From NCBI RefSeq assembly GCF_009914755.1, contig NC_060939.1: a DNA stretch of 64,000 bases. The stretch is one strand, 5' to 3'. A program made the position numbers and the translations under genes. Of the stretch, positions 18,800 through 34,372 are shown one piece after another (the first letter of the stretch is position 1; each line of letters starts with the position of its first letter). The notes beneath the pieces were generated by a model. It had not been told where the DNA came from and made no database searches. It worked only from the letters and a program-made list of their open reading frames with translations. The stretch comes from the human T2T-CHM13v2.0 reference genome, Homo sapiens.

Positions 18800-20705
18800 C
18801 AATTCAAAATGCCAGAATTTCTATACATTAACTATAAACTACCTGAAAAAGTCAAGTAAACAATTTTATTTATAATAACTACAAAAAGTTTACTCATAAA
18901 TGTAACCAAAATGGTGAAAGATTTCTATATTAAAATTAAAAAACACTGAGTAGAAAAACTTTCTAAATCACAAATAAATGGAAAGATATTTCTGGTTCAT
19001 TGATTGGCAGAATTAATACTGTTAAAATGTCTACACTGAGCAAAACAATCTACAGATTCAAAGCAGTCTCTTATCTGTATACAAATGAAATTATTTAGAA
19101 TATTTCAAAAATTCTAAAGTTCATATGGCATCACAAAAACACTAAACAGCAACAGAAATTAAGCACAAATAATACAGCTGGAAGCATTACACTACCTTTG
19201 AAATACACTACAAAGCTTTAGGAATTGATACAGTATGATAACTGGTTTAAAAAGAGAAACATAGGTGAATAAAGCAGAATGCAGAGCCCAGAAACAAATT
19301 CATAAAATTTCAGGATCTTACACAAAGGTGACAAGAACACACAGTGGGGAAAGGACAGTTACTTCAAAAGTGGTGTTATGAAAACTGAGTATCTCCAGGC
19401 AGAACAATGAAATGAGACCCTCCACCAACATAAATCAAAGACTCAAAACTCTGGAACTGCTACAAAAAACAGAGTGAAAGCTCCATGACATTGGTGGGGA
19501 CAATAATTTTTTCTTATTTATTTCACCTCAAAATCCCAGCAAACAAAAGTGGAAGTAGACAAATGAGATTACTTGAAAACTGAAAAGCTTCTACACAGCA
19601 CTAGGTACAACCAACAGAAGAAAAATAACGTATAAATAAGAGAAAATATTTATGAGTTATATATCTGACAAAGGGTTACTATCCAAAATAGACAGGAAAC
19701 TCAAACAACTATAGAACAATAAACAAGTAACTATTAAAATGGGTGAAAGATGTAAATAAACATTTCTTAAAGGAAGACATACAAATGGTAAAAAATATAT
19801 GAAAAAAATGCGAGGTAAATTATCATAAGGCTAATCTAAGGTTAAGGCTAATCTAAGGTTAGGACTAATCTAAACCTCTATTAGATAACAACTCACTACT
19901 GTTAGAATGACTATTAATAAAAAGCCAAAAAAATAATTATTGGCAAAGATGTGGAGCAAAGGGAATGCTTGCGCACTGAATGTAAATCAGCGTAGCCATT
20001 ATACAAAACAGTATGGAGATTTCTCAAACATTAAAAGCTGAACTATCATATGATACAGCAATATCATTATTGGGCACATATCAAAAAAATCAAGTATGTG
20101 AAAGAGACATCTGTGCTGTTATGTTTATTGCAGCACTATTCACAATAGCCAAGATATAAAATCAAACTCAGGGTTTATTATCAAATAAAATGATAAAGAA
20201 CATGTGGCATACATCCATTCTGTACGAATGGATTATTATTCAGCCTTAAAATAGAAAATACTGTCATTTTCAATTACATGGATGAACATGAAGGAGATTA
20301 TGTTAATTGAAATAATCCAGACACAGAAAGACAAATACCTCATGATTTTGCTCATATGTGGAATTTTAAAAAATTGATCGCATTGAAGTAGAGACTAAAA
20401 TAGTGGAGCGAGAGGCTAAGATATTTTGGAAGGGGATTGGGTAGATGTCTTTCAAAGAATATATAGTTAGGAATATATTTAAAAAATCTGTTGTAAAGCC
20501 TGGTGACTATAGTTAATGATGACATACTGTTATGTTTTAAAAATACTGATATAGTCAATGTTAAGTGTTCTCCATCACAAAAATGATAACTATATGAGGT
20601 AAAGCACTTGTTAATTAGCCAGAATTTAATATTACACAATGTATGCATGCTTTAAACCACATTTTACATGACAATACATATAATTTTATCTGTCAATTTA
20701 AAAAA
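18800..20705 (+). mobile_element. L1MA-type ORF2 3' half and 3'UTR
   Basis: A-rich ORF2 remnants and a 3'UTR ending TTTTATCTGTCAATTTAAAAA. Confidence 0.85.
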
Positions 20706-23691
20706 TTTAGAAACATGAAAAGGTAGTGTTTCAAATAATCAGTCTGTGTCTTATTCATAAGCTTAGCAGAGTAGTATCAAAATATATAGTTTTTGTGATG
20801 TTTTTGTCATTTCATTTGTCAGTCATAAGCATAGAAACTCAGATATTTACCAGCATGTGCAAGAACCAGCACAGTGCCTGGGAGAATCCTATGTACTTTA
20901 GAGCTTTTACTTTGAGCTCCAGGTACCTGGAATTCCTGGTATAGAAGACACTAAAAAGGCAGGTGCTGCTAATGGTTTCACCTCTGGCCCTTCTGTAAAC
21001 ACTGAAAACAAGTTTGCATCCAAAATCACTGAGAAAATGTTTTAATCCAAAAGCCTGCCATTGTCTTTGAGATTTCTCTAAAGAGAATGACCTAGAATTT
21101 GGCTGTAATTAGGTGTCTGAGAATAAAAACTGTGGACTGTAACTGTGCCCATTCAAATAAAAGAAGTTATAATAATATGAGTGAGAAATTTCCCAAGATG
21201 GCAATACGAATCCACAAAAAAGATTATTCCAAATTTTAAACCCACAAAGGTTATTTTATTTTTGTCCAAAACTTATTATACCCACTCAACAACAGAAGAT
21301 TCTGCATGGAAACATAAGCGGTGGGATAAATATTTCATAGAAATTTGAATTTAAAATATTTTACTTACCACTAACTCTCCTTAATACAATTTTATTTCTA
21401 AGACATGTCTCTAATGAGATATCCAAATTTTGATTTGTTTTCTTATGTAGCACTAATAATACATGGCCCACTGGTATTAATACTTCACTTAGTCTAATTT
21501 GATATTTACCATTCTTTGTGTTATAATAATGTTTAACAATGCTATCTGTCCAATGATCTAATCCATGGATACTGCGTTATCTTATCTAAATTAAGTGACA
21601 AGAATGTTGCATTTGTAATCTATAAATGACCTCAAATTCTCCAGCTACAAAGAATTTTTAGGCACATTAAAAATAATTCTAACTTGTCCTCAGAACCTGC
21701 AGAGTACTGTGTGAAATAACATGGGGTGGGGAGAACAGTGAGCAAGCTGTTGCCATAAGACAGGCAAAGAAAGAGAAGGGCTGTAATGCACATGTATTTG
21801 GGGGTGAAGATAAAAAGACAGTGAAAGAAAAACTGAAGATAATTAGAAAATAAAAGAAGCAGAATTTATCTGTCTAAATTTAGAGTTAGTTGTGCAGCCT
21901 GACTACAGATTTCCTCTCTCACCATGCAAAACCAATGCCACTTCTTCACTCTGGGTGTTTTTAATCTCTTATATGAAGATACAAACTCACTCGAGCAGAA
22001 ATATTTCCTGATAATTGTAAAGCATTTGTTACACACCTAGCACCGTCTTGTGTTTGTTTACTTCATACAAATGGCAAGAAAATCCCATGGCTTATGAAGC
22101 CTCCCGAGTTTTTACCTTAAAAGCATGGCTCAATAAATTCAATAATTATATCAAATATGTCTACTATAAAACATGAAAGAAACAGTAATAAAAACATTTT
22201 GCTTAAATAGAATTCTCTAATTGAAAAGATTAAATATACTAATTAAATAATAAAATTTAACAATATACTCACTGCAAAATTACTCAGATCTTCAAATTAT
22301 TTAGTTAGCACCATTACATTTTACCGAAAGAGCTATAATCATTAGGCAGGTCACGTAAAGAATACTTCATGAACTTTGAAAGAAGAAAATTGTATATTAG
22401 GTCTAGCATGAATAGAAGGCAAGCTAGAGCAAAGGGTTTGGATGGGGAGATTCTGAACCACAAGATTTTAGAGATGAATGGAAAGCAGAGGAAATAAATT
22501 TGCTTTCAGAATCTGTGAGGTTTTAGTTTGCTAGTATATCATAAACACTCATGAAATCATCTGCTTTGTTCTGATATATTTTCCTACTCAGAATAGGTCC
22601 ACACTCACATAAAAACAATTACTTCTCCAATTCTTTTATATCTAAAGTTTATCTTTAGAGTAATATATTTAGAAATTTTACACCATGTAAATTAAAACTA
22701 AAATTTTGTGTTTGTAGAACCAGAGATAACATGTTCAAAAAAATGTAGGCTGAATTTTCTAAATAGTTATTCAGAATTCAGAAATGTAGGGCTTTTGATT
22801 ATACTCCTATATAATCTTCAGTATAACCATCACAATAACTTCACAGTTACAAAATAAATAAAAATGTAACACGTGGGAACAATATTCTCTAAATTATTTG
22901 AAGTATAAGGCCACTGGGAAAAAGAATCACTACAGATGTTATTCCACCATATTACTTAATGGTATAGTCTTACCATGTTTTACCTACAAGCCTGAGTAAG
23001 GTAGAATAAGTTAATGTTGACAGCAGGATGACACTTCAATCAATGCACAAGACCCTTAACACATTAAAAATATTTTTTATTTGTTAAAACAAATAAAGTT
23101 TACAAATAATCTGAGACATATCAAAATCCACTCTATTTTATTAGTTTTATGTGCATTTGGTGAAACAATTTTCTTCTAAATTTTACAGTGTTTATTAATA
23201 AAATGCAGAGGATATGCACTGAACACCTACCTCATGCATCGCTTACAACACTGTTATCACTTAACCACAAACAGCCTCTCCACTTAGATTTTCTTCATGT
23301 ATCTTACATTTCCAGGTCCTTAATCTTTTATGGAGAAGTATATAAATGATGACCACCTAATACAGAAGGACCGCTCAGAGCTGTAATGCATCAAACATTG
23401 ACCACATGCTTCCATATAAACATTAGGAATAAAGGCAAAGCACTAAGTTATTCGAAAGTTTAATTATATCAATACTTGCTATTCAAAACATTTAAAATTA
23501 TTTTAATGCAAATAATTACACTCAATATAATTTTAAATCTTCAAGAAGCAATCTCCTACTACTTTTATCCTACATACAAATAAATTATCCAATTATTTTA
23601 ACTTTGGATTATTCTCTATAATGAACACTCTGAATAATTTAACTCATGACAGGATTCATACAATTAACCTTTTAAACATTTGTCTTATAGT

Positions 23692-24547
23692 TTACATCAC
23701 ATTGATTACCCTTTTATCAGATCTCAGTAGCACCAAAAACCTGACAATGGTATAGACACTGCCCACTAGCCTCTAGACACCACGGTCATATGCCCATGGC
23801 AACGTTGAGGAGGTTGAGATGATGAAGTCCATCTTGTACATGCCCACCGAGAAACTCACCGGCAGCAGGATGTGCTGATGGCTCTTGCCTCTGCAAAGAT
23901 CCTTAGGTAGAGGCTGGGGCTGTGAAGGTACCAGGATCTCCTGTAGTTCCTGAATGAGAGTCATCATGTAGACACTTGAGAACAGCATTATTTGTTTAAG
24001 AAAAACATCTCTGAATAATGACAGAGTGAAAAACAGTCCTCTGATTATGGAGTTTATTGGGAAAAGTGAACAGTATTTACTGACATGCAAATTGATCTGG
24101 GTCACATTGGAAGAAGCCACAGTGTAAAAGATCAGGCTACTACTAACAGGAAAACTGAGAGACCATGAGAACAAATGGAAGGTAAAAATTGTGGATTTCC
24201 ATTTAAACCTCACCAACCAGGAAATGCTGGGGCTGATGTTGACGACCTGCAGCATGCCCAGGAGGCAGGTGGTACAAATGGAGAGGACCCTGATCACCCT
24301 CCTCAGGTAGAAAGATGCCTCATATTTGAAGTCATTCTGAAAATTCAGTGATTCAAAGAGCTGTGGAGACAAGAACACCATGGTGAGAAGGACCACCATG
24401 TGGATGAGGGCCACATGACAGACTGGTAGGTAAGTGCGCTCTGGCCTGAGATCCAGAAAAAGCAGAAAAGGAGAAGACGCAGAAAAGAAGGAGAAAAGTG
24501 TTGGCTGAGATGCCAATACCAGCTTAGAAATGAAAGGCATTTTTCAT
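23692..24547 (-). pseudogene. Vomeronasal type-1 receptor (V1R/VN1R) pseudogene containing a 255-aa ORF (23773-24540)
   Basis: V1R motifs MKNAFHF*AGIGISANTFLL, YLRRVIRVLSICTTCLL, ISPSISWLVRFK, LFRDVF, LHSPSL..R...E.RA (alternate frame), V*RLVGSVYTIVRFLVLLRSDKRVI; intronless; acceptor before 24572. Confidence 0.92.
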
Positions 24548-24967
24548 GGGAACACAAGTGCAAAGTAATCATCTGAATTACAAAGACAAACATACTTTGT
24601 ACATCAAAATATGAAGTATAAAAAACATTTTGTACTTCACATCATCTGTATTATATATTCTATGGCCAAAATTATCATAAACATTATTTTTATTCCACTA
24701 ATTTTTTTCTTAATTAATCCTCTCATATAAATCCTTGATATATATAGTGTATGTGTGCATGTATGTATATATAATTTGATGTATAATGTTGAGAATGTAT
24801 TTTGAAGAATGTATATGAAAAACTGGCTCACTTTTTACAAAGCATTTCTTAATGAAGAGTGATGGTTACATAACAATAACTCACATGTTTGTATAGTTGA
24901 GCTAAAGTAAATTTTATGTTAAGGGAAAATAATCACCTAAAGAAAAAGTTGAAAAAAAAGTTTAACT

Positions 24968-25203
24968 GACTCACATCACAGCACTCAGTTTCTCTTATTA
25001 TTTCTTTCACTTTTAAGAATGCTTATAATTACATTAGGCCCAAATCTGTAATTCAAGTTAATGTTTTTGTTTTAGAGTCAGCTGGTTATCAACCTTGATT
25101 TCATCTGCAGCCTGAATTCCCATTTCTCATATACCATAATACATGCCTAGAACCTGGTGGTTAGACATGGGGACCTTTGCATGGCATTATTCCACTTACC
25201 ACA
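24968..25203 (-). mobile_element. MLT1 (MaLR) LTR, 5' part
   Basis: Minus read TGTGGTAAGTGGAATAATG...GCAGATGAAATCAAGGTTG...GGGCCTAATGTAATTATAAG resembles the MLT1D/E start. Confidence 0.7.
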
Positions 25204-25633
25204 AGTCCTATTAAACGAATCCCTTAAAATAATTCTGGCTCTGTTCAAGTTTTGTTTTTATCCCAGAGAAATCTCATGAAAGCTTTATTTCATCTCAGGA
25301 GGAAATTGCTAAAATCCAGTTTTCAATGCTACAAGTACATGGACTACCTTTTTCTACTTTATGGGATCCATGAATTTGCATTAAGTGATAATTTTCTTGA
25401 TGCTTCACTTTATACAGAGATACCCTTCCATGGAAAGATGCCTTTCCAAGCCTTGGAAAAACACCAAGGTCACTAATAGTAAAGATAATTCTCCATCTCT
25501 TAATCATGATATCTCTGTATGAGAACCCTTCATAAAATTTTATTGAATAATTCTGCAATTACTTTCTTCTTTGCCCTGAATACAGTCATCACTATTGTAT
25601 CCAACTAATTCAGCCCGCAGCTTAGAATAATAG

Positions 25634-25885
25634 AGCTCTGGCTCATGCCTATAATTCCACCGCTTTGAGAGGCTGAGGCAGGGACATTGCTTCAGATAAA
25701 CAGTTTGAAATTAGCTTGAGCAACACAGTGACACCCTGTGTCTATCAAAAATAAGAAAGAAATTAGCTAGGCATGGTGGCACGTACCTGTGGTCCCAGTT
25801 ACATGGGAAGCTGACATGGAAGGATCACTTGAGCATAGGATCTTGAGGCTATAGTGAGCCAGTGAGTTGTGATGGTACTAATGCA
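25634..25885 (+). mobile_element. Diverged AluJ
   Basis: Degenerate Alu dimer with GGATCACTTGAGC and GAGGCTATAGTGAGCC. Confidence 0.85.
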
Positions 25886-26877
25886 CAAACCACAAATATA
25901 AATGTGCAAGGCAATGAAGATGATTTGACAGTATTTTTTACCTCATACTCAGAAATTAACATCTGAGTTAGAAAACTGCTAACCAATTTTAAACCACCTG
26001 ATATGGATGAGTTTACAAAAAGGAAATTGCATAGTTTATATATCAGTTTTTATTTTTTCTCCTAACACATAATCTAGTATAAGTACACATTTATCTCAAT
26101 GTCCAGAACCAAACAATGGATAGTTGCCACCAAAATATACTGATGCCATCAACATGATATGGTTCTTTTGTCATGTTAAACCTAAAAGAAGCTCCAGGAT
26201 AGTATCAGATTAAAGCCATAATAATCTCCATATATTAAATACTGCAGTCTAGTTCCAGAAAATAAACATGGACAATTAATATACAAATAACTACTTACTA
26301 CTTATGTAGAAATCACTTTTACTAAATATACTGTGTGTATTAAAAGTTATATCACAGAAAGAGGTAATACAATTAGATAAAACAACATACGTAAGAATTC
26401 TATTTTTTTCTCCCCATAAGGTATCCAGATCACACACTTTAATTCATGCCACACCCTCTCTAATGACTACTACATACCGCAAAAGAATGTATCTGCTAAT
26501 TATCAAACTTTATTTTTCTCTAATGAAGGTTTTCAGGTCATTAATGCTGAGTCTGGAGAAAAGAACAGTGGCTCCCATGAACAAGGGTTGACAAATGTAA
26601 CACACTTGGTTATATTTGAATTTCAGGTAAATGATGAATTGTTATTTGTATATACTCCAGTAATTGCTTACACATATTATACACAGATATAAAAACATTG
26701 CATAGCTATACTAAAAAGTTATTTGTTGTTTACCCCAAATTTAAATGTAACTTATGTTTTCTCTATTTTATGTCACAAATGTGCCACAACTACCATAGAA
26801 CTATTGTATAATTTGGGACAACATGTTACAAACATGGGAAAACAGAATAAAAGAAAAAATATCAAAGGTTTTATAAA

Positions 26878-27170
26878 GGCTGAGTGCTGTGACTTATGCC
26901 TGTAATTTAAGCATTTTAGGAGGCAGCAGTGGGAGGACTGAGCCCAAGAGTTTGAGACCTGCCTGGGCAACATAATGAGAACCCATCTTCACAAAAAAAT
27001 TTCAAAAATTAGCCAGGCATTGTACCACCTGCCTGTAGCTCTGGCTACTTGTGAGGCTGAGGCAGCAAGTTCACTTGAGCCTACACGGTCAAGGCTTCTG
27101 AGACCCCTGATCAAACCACTGCACTCATTCCTGGGTGTCAGAGTGTGAACTTGTCTCAAAAAAACATCAA
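26878..27170 (+). mobile_element. AluJ
   Basis: Degenerate dimer, GAGCCCAAGAGTTTGAGACC, A-rich tail. Confidence 0.88.
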
Positions 27171-27299
27171 AACATGAGATGCAGCAAACTACTGAGAGAA
27201 ATTCACAGCAGTAAACACCTACATTAAAAATAAACAATTCTAAATTAATAACCTAATGTTTGGCAAAAATAGTTAAGGGCTAATTAACTACTCATCACA

Positions 27300-29760
27300 C
27301 CTTGGAGAAAGAATATCAGTGCGGCAAGCAAAAGTCATGTAGAATATCTAAGAGAAAAGACTGAGGAGTGAGGTGCCTGGGGGATTCGGGCTTTGAAAAT
27401 TATCCACATATTCCTGAGAATCCAGAAGCCCATAAGCATGTTCAGGGTCAATCAAGGGACAGGCAAATGCTCACAAAGACCTACGAAGCTGTTATCTCTC
27501 ATGTCTGCTTTACCTCCAAGCCCTGCACAAGCAGGAAGAAAAGAAAACAGCAAAGTTGTAATCTTTCTGGCTAAGTAAACCCAACTGCAAGAACTAGTAG
27601 ATTTATATTTGATGTGAGCAGGCATTTGAGAAAATCTCTGTCAAATAACTAGCTCACATGAAGCTAATAAAGCAGAGATTTTTATTGCTAAACACGACAA
27701 AAGGATATTTTAAAAATAATTTTGAAAACTCACCAAACAAACAAGTAAAATTTACAATAAGCAACAAAAAAACCCAACGGGATGAGAGAGAATATTATTT
27801 CAGGGTTGTTGTAATAGAAAAAGTCTAGTTTTCAGCAACAGCAATGAAATACAAAGCGTGCAAATAAATTAATGAAAAAATAATGGCCCACTAATAAGAT
27901 AACAGATATTAACAGAAACAGTCCTAGAGGAATCGTAGGCATTGAAAAATCTAGAAAAAGTCTTTAAATTACCTGTCTTAAATGTGCTGCAAAGATAAAT
28001 AACATCAAAAGGAAAAACATTTCAGAAGAATAGTGTCTCATCAAATAGAAAATATTAATAGAGATAGAGATTATAAACTGAAGCCAAACTCTAAAGTTGA
28101 AAATTAAGATAACTAAAATAAAAAATTCACCACAAAGGTTCAACAAAAGATTTAAGTAGACGAAAGACACAACCAGCAAGCTTGAGGTCACTTCAATTCG
28201 TATTATCCCAACTAGCAGAAATAAAAAATAATGAATAAAGATGAACAGAGCCTAAGATAACAATGGGATACTATAAAATGTGCCATTACAAGCATTATGA
28301 AAACTCCCGAAAGAAGGGAGAAAGACAAAATGGGGCAGAAAGAACATCTGAAGAAATAATGGCTAAAAAGTTCCCAAGCATGATGAAATACGTGAATCTA
28401 CACATTCCAAAATCTCATTGAATTCATAGTATAAACTCAAAGAACTCTACACCAAGACAAATTACAATAAAACTTTCAAAAGCTAAAGAGACAACTTTGA
28501 AGAAAGTTATGGAGAAAAGACTACTATTTGCAATGCATCTACACTGACATTAACAACTCACTAAAAACTAGAGTCCAGAATATAATTTCTCACTAAAAAC
28601 TACGGAGTCCAGAATATGATAGGACAATATATTTAAAGTGTAGAAACAAAAAAAAAAAGCCAACAAAGAACTCTATTTTCAGCAAAACTGCTCTTCAAAG
28701 ATGAAGGACATCCTTGAAGACCTTTGAAGACACTAAGAGCTATATAGATTAAAACAAATTTAACAGCTTGTCACTAGTAGACCTGGTATGCATTAAATGA
28801 CAAAGGTTATCTTTTGGGTTGAAATGAAATGACAAACTAGGTAATAATGCAAGGCCATATGAAAAAATAAAGAATGCCAGTAAAAATGAGTACATGGCAA
28901 AATATAAATGCCACTATTAAAGAATATTTTGTAACTTTTATCTATTGTTCTTTTTTACATGTAATTTAAAATACTAATGCATAAAATAATTATAAATTTT
29001 TGTTAATGTCATACAATGCATAAAGATGTAATATGTGACAAAACAACATAACATTGGAGGAGCAGATCTCTATTGAAACAGCTTTTAAAATAAAACTGAA
29101 TTACGAGAGGTATTAATTTAAAGTACAGTTACACAGTGATGAGATTAATTGTCATCCTTAAGGTAGCCACTAAAAATACAACTAAAGAAAGAAGTGAAAG
29201 AGGAAATGAGAAGAGAATCAAAACTGTTTTGGAAAAATACTAGAACATTAAAGATGTCAGTAATATAAGAGTTAATTAACAAAAATATACAAGACTTTAG
29301 AAAACAACTAGAAAAATGGCAGAAGTGTGCCCTTCCTTATAAATAGTTTAAATAGAAATTAACATCTACAATTACAATGCAAAGATTGGCAGATGGTTTA
29401 AAAATAAACAAAAACATGAACTAACTTTATGTTATCTACAGGAGAATCTCTTTAGTCCTAAGCTCACAAATAGGTTGAAAGTGAAAGGATGGGTAAAAAG
29501 ATTCCACACAAATAGTAAGCAAAATAAGCTGGGGTGGTTACCCTTAGACAAGATAGGCATTAAGACAACATTGCTATAATTAATTGACACAGGAAATTTT
29601 ATGTTAAAAATTATAAATCTATCAAGAAGATAAAATAGTTTTAAATATGCATGTACCTAACAAAGACCCCAATATATGAAGCACAAATGGCAGAATGGTA
29701 GAAGTAGAAAATTCTCAATGTGAACTGCTGACTTTAATATACCAACTAGACCTAACGGAC
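27300..29760 (+). mobile_element. Old L1M ORF1 to ORF2-endonuclease remnant
   Basis: A-rich; ORF1-like (GAAGAAATAATGGCTAAAAAGTTCCCAA) and EN-like (AGATTGGCAGATGG...AGGTTGAAAGTGAAAGGATGG) segments. Confidence 0.75.
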
Positions 29761-30046
29761 AAATTCAGAAACACCTAATCAAAAACCTTGAAATGAGCAA
29801 AAATTGATTGCATTTTCAGATTGTTTTCAAGCAAGCAATTTAACCACCTTGCTATTTTATGGCATGCTTATTTTTTTAAAAAAAGTTATGATGAAATATG
29901 CATAACATCATACTCAATACAAAGTTTCTGGTATATTTATAATTATGCAACTATAGCCATGGTATAACTTTAAAATATTTCCACTATCAGGACTAGACAA
30001 TCATTACTGATTTCCCTTTTATGGACATTCCATTTTATCACCTTTA

Positions 30047-30348
30047 TTGTTTGGTTTGGTTTCGTTTTTGAGATGGAGTCTCTGTCATGCAGGCTTGAGT
30101 GCAGTGGTGCGATCTCAGCTCACTGCAACCTCTGCCTGCCTCGCGGGTTCAATAGATTCTCCTGACTCAGCTTCCTGAGTACCTGGGATTACAGGCGCCC
30201 ACCACTGCACCTGGCTAATTTTGTTTTTAGTAGAGACATGGTTTCACCATGTTGGCCAGGCTGCTCTCGAACTCCTAACCTCAGGCAATCCACCTGCCTC
30301 AGCCTCCCAAAGTGCTAGAATTAAACGTGTGAGCCACCATGCCTGGTC
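30047..30348 (-). mobile_element. AluS element
   Basis: Antisense Alu dimer. Confidence 0.93.
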
Positions 30349-30595
30349 CATTTTTATTACCTCTTTATTATTGTGGTATGATTACTATTTTGTATAAATG
30401 GAATGATACACTGTATTATGTTTTGTGTCTGGTTTATTTCACTTAATGCATGTGAGGTCAGTTATGTCATTTTTTTTTTTTTACTAATTTTTTGTATATT
30501 TTAGAAAATGCATTTAGAAGAGAATAAAAAACTTTTAAAATAACTTCCATATTTCTCAATGTTGTGCATTTTTTTCAAAAAATAAGCAAATATTT

Positions 30596-31048
30596 TATTT
30601 TTTTGGTTTCTTTGAGACAGATCTTATTCTATCACCATGGCTGGAGTGAAGTAACATGATCATGGCTTACTGCAGATTCTACCTCCTAGGCTCAAGTAGT
30701 CTTCCCACCTCAGGCTACCAAGTATCTGGGACCACAGCTGCACACCACCATGCCCAACTAATTTTTAAATTTTGTGTATAGATGGGGTCTCATTATGTTG
30801 CATGGGCTTGTCTCAAACTCCTGCGCTCATGAGATTCTCCTGCCTAGGCCTCCCAAAGGGCTGGGATTACAGGTGTGAGCCACCACACCCAGCCTATTTT
30901 TTTCTAAAGACAGGGTCTCATTCTGTCCTCAGCTCAAGTGCTGTGGCGTAATCATAGCTGAAGGCAGCCTCAATGTACTGAGCTCAAGTGATCCTCCCTC
31001 ACTGACCCAAAGTGCTGGGATTACAGGCATCAGCCACCATGTCCAGCC
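30596..31048 (-). mobile_element. AluJ (30596-30894) plus adjacent internally deleted Alu (30896-31048)
   Basis: Two tandem antisense Alu units, each ending CCAGCC. Confidence 0.88.
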
Positions 31049-31160
31049 TGAAATAATATTTTAATTAAACATTAAGAAAAATAGAAGAAATAAGATCTAG
31101 TGTTTCATAACACAATAGGACAACTATAGTTAACCGTAATTTATTGTATAAAAGATAGAA

Positions 31161-32623
<1,463 letters not shown>

Positions 32624-34372
32624 CTCAAAGTAGTAAAAATAACTAATTATTCTACATACTGAATTTAGCTGAATATACTTTACAAATCTAATATGAAATT
32701 TTACCAAGCTGAGAACATGAGCACAATGCCATAGTAGAAAACCAACAGAGGACAGAGCAAGATGGCTAGATAGAAGGCTCCAGTGATCATTTCCCCTGGA
32801 AGGACACCAATATAACAACTATCTATTAAAAAGCAAACAAAAACCTTCATAAGAATAAAGGCGAGCACTCACAGTACCTGGTTTTAACCCTGCAGTACAC
32901 AAAGAGGCACTAAAACAGGGTAGGAAAGACAGTCTTGAATCACTAATGCCACTCCTCACTCATGCCCTGGCAGTAGTCACATGCTATGTAGACAGAATCT
33001 GTACACTTGGGAGAGGGAGAGCACTGGGATTGTGAGCATTGAACTCAGTGCTGCCCTATCATAGCAGAAAGCAAAACTGGAATGAACTCAGCTGATGCCT
33101 GCCCACAGAGGGTGTGTTTCAACTGGCCCTGGACAGAGGGGAATCACCCTCCCAGTGATTGGAACTTGAGTTCTGGCAAGCTTCACCACCATAGTCTAAA
33201 ATGCTCTGGGGCCCTAAAGAAACTTAAAACAGTCTAGGTCACAAGGACAGCAACTCCCAGGTGTCATGCTGAACTGGGCTTAGAGCCAGTGGACTTGGGG
33301 GCCACATTACCTACTAAGATACAAGCTGGGGCAGCTAAGAGAGTTCTTATACCACCCCTCCTCCAAACTGAGGCTGCACAGCTCACAGATTCAAGAGACC
33401 ACTTCCATCTACTTAAGAAGACAGAAAGAGTAAACAGGACTTTGTCTTGTATTTTGGATACCAGCAAGGCCACCAGTCAGAGTTATAAAACACCCTTCTC
33501 AGCCACTAGCTCCTAATTAAAATTTCTAGGTACATACTGGACTATAAGGAAATCTGCTGCCTTGAATGAAGAAATCCGGTACTAACAAGACCCATCAACT
33601 GCTAAGTAAAGGGCCCTTGGCCTGGAATAACCTGCAGTGATAACCAGGTAGTTTGCTGTGAGCTTTCATTGAGACTCTGAGGCTTGCTAGAATCAGGTGA
33701 GACTCGGCACATTCACAACTGTGGTGGCTACAGGGAGACACTGAAAAAGGTAGAGGAAAAACTAGAGAACTTCATCTTGCAACTTAGGTCCCAGCATGGC
33801 CAAAGAGAGGAAGAGCACCAGTGGGCTCTTGGGGTCCCTTATTCCAGGTCTTGGCACTTGGATGGCACTTCTGGACCTGTACTGGGACAGAAGGGACACC
33901 ACTGACCAAAAGGATGAGTAGCAGGCCAAGCATCATTCACTATAAGTGAACTAAAGAGCCTTGAACCTTAAGAGAACATTGGTGGAAGCCTGGCAGTATT
34001 CCCGATGGGCCTGTGGTGATGGCAGCAATAGGATGAGGCCCCTCTGCCTGTTGAGTAAGGAGGGAAAAATGGGAAGAACCGAATTTCATGGTTTAATTGC
34101 TAGCTCTACCACAGTACAATAGAACACAAAGTAGACTCCTAAGGTTATTGACTCCAGCCCCTGGCTCCTGGATGGCACCACTGGGCTTGCCCAGAACCTG
34201 AGGGAACTCACTACTCTGAAGGAAAGGATACAAACCTGGCTGGCTTACCACCTACAGATTATAAAGCTCCAAGACCTTGAGCAATTACTGGTGGTACCAG
34301 GTAGGGTTACAGCTCACCATGGGTGTGATCAAGTGCTGTGCTGGTTTCAGGTCTGACCCACTGCAGTCCTAC

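Noticed and set aside
23773-24540. Functional 7-TM vomeronasal receptor CDS
   Set aside because: TM1 and loop 3 out of frame and TM7 behind a stop codon
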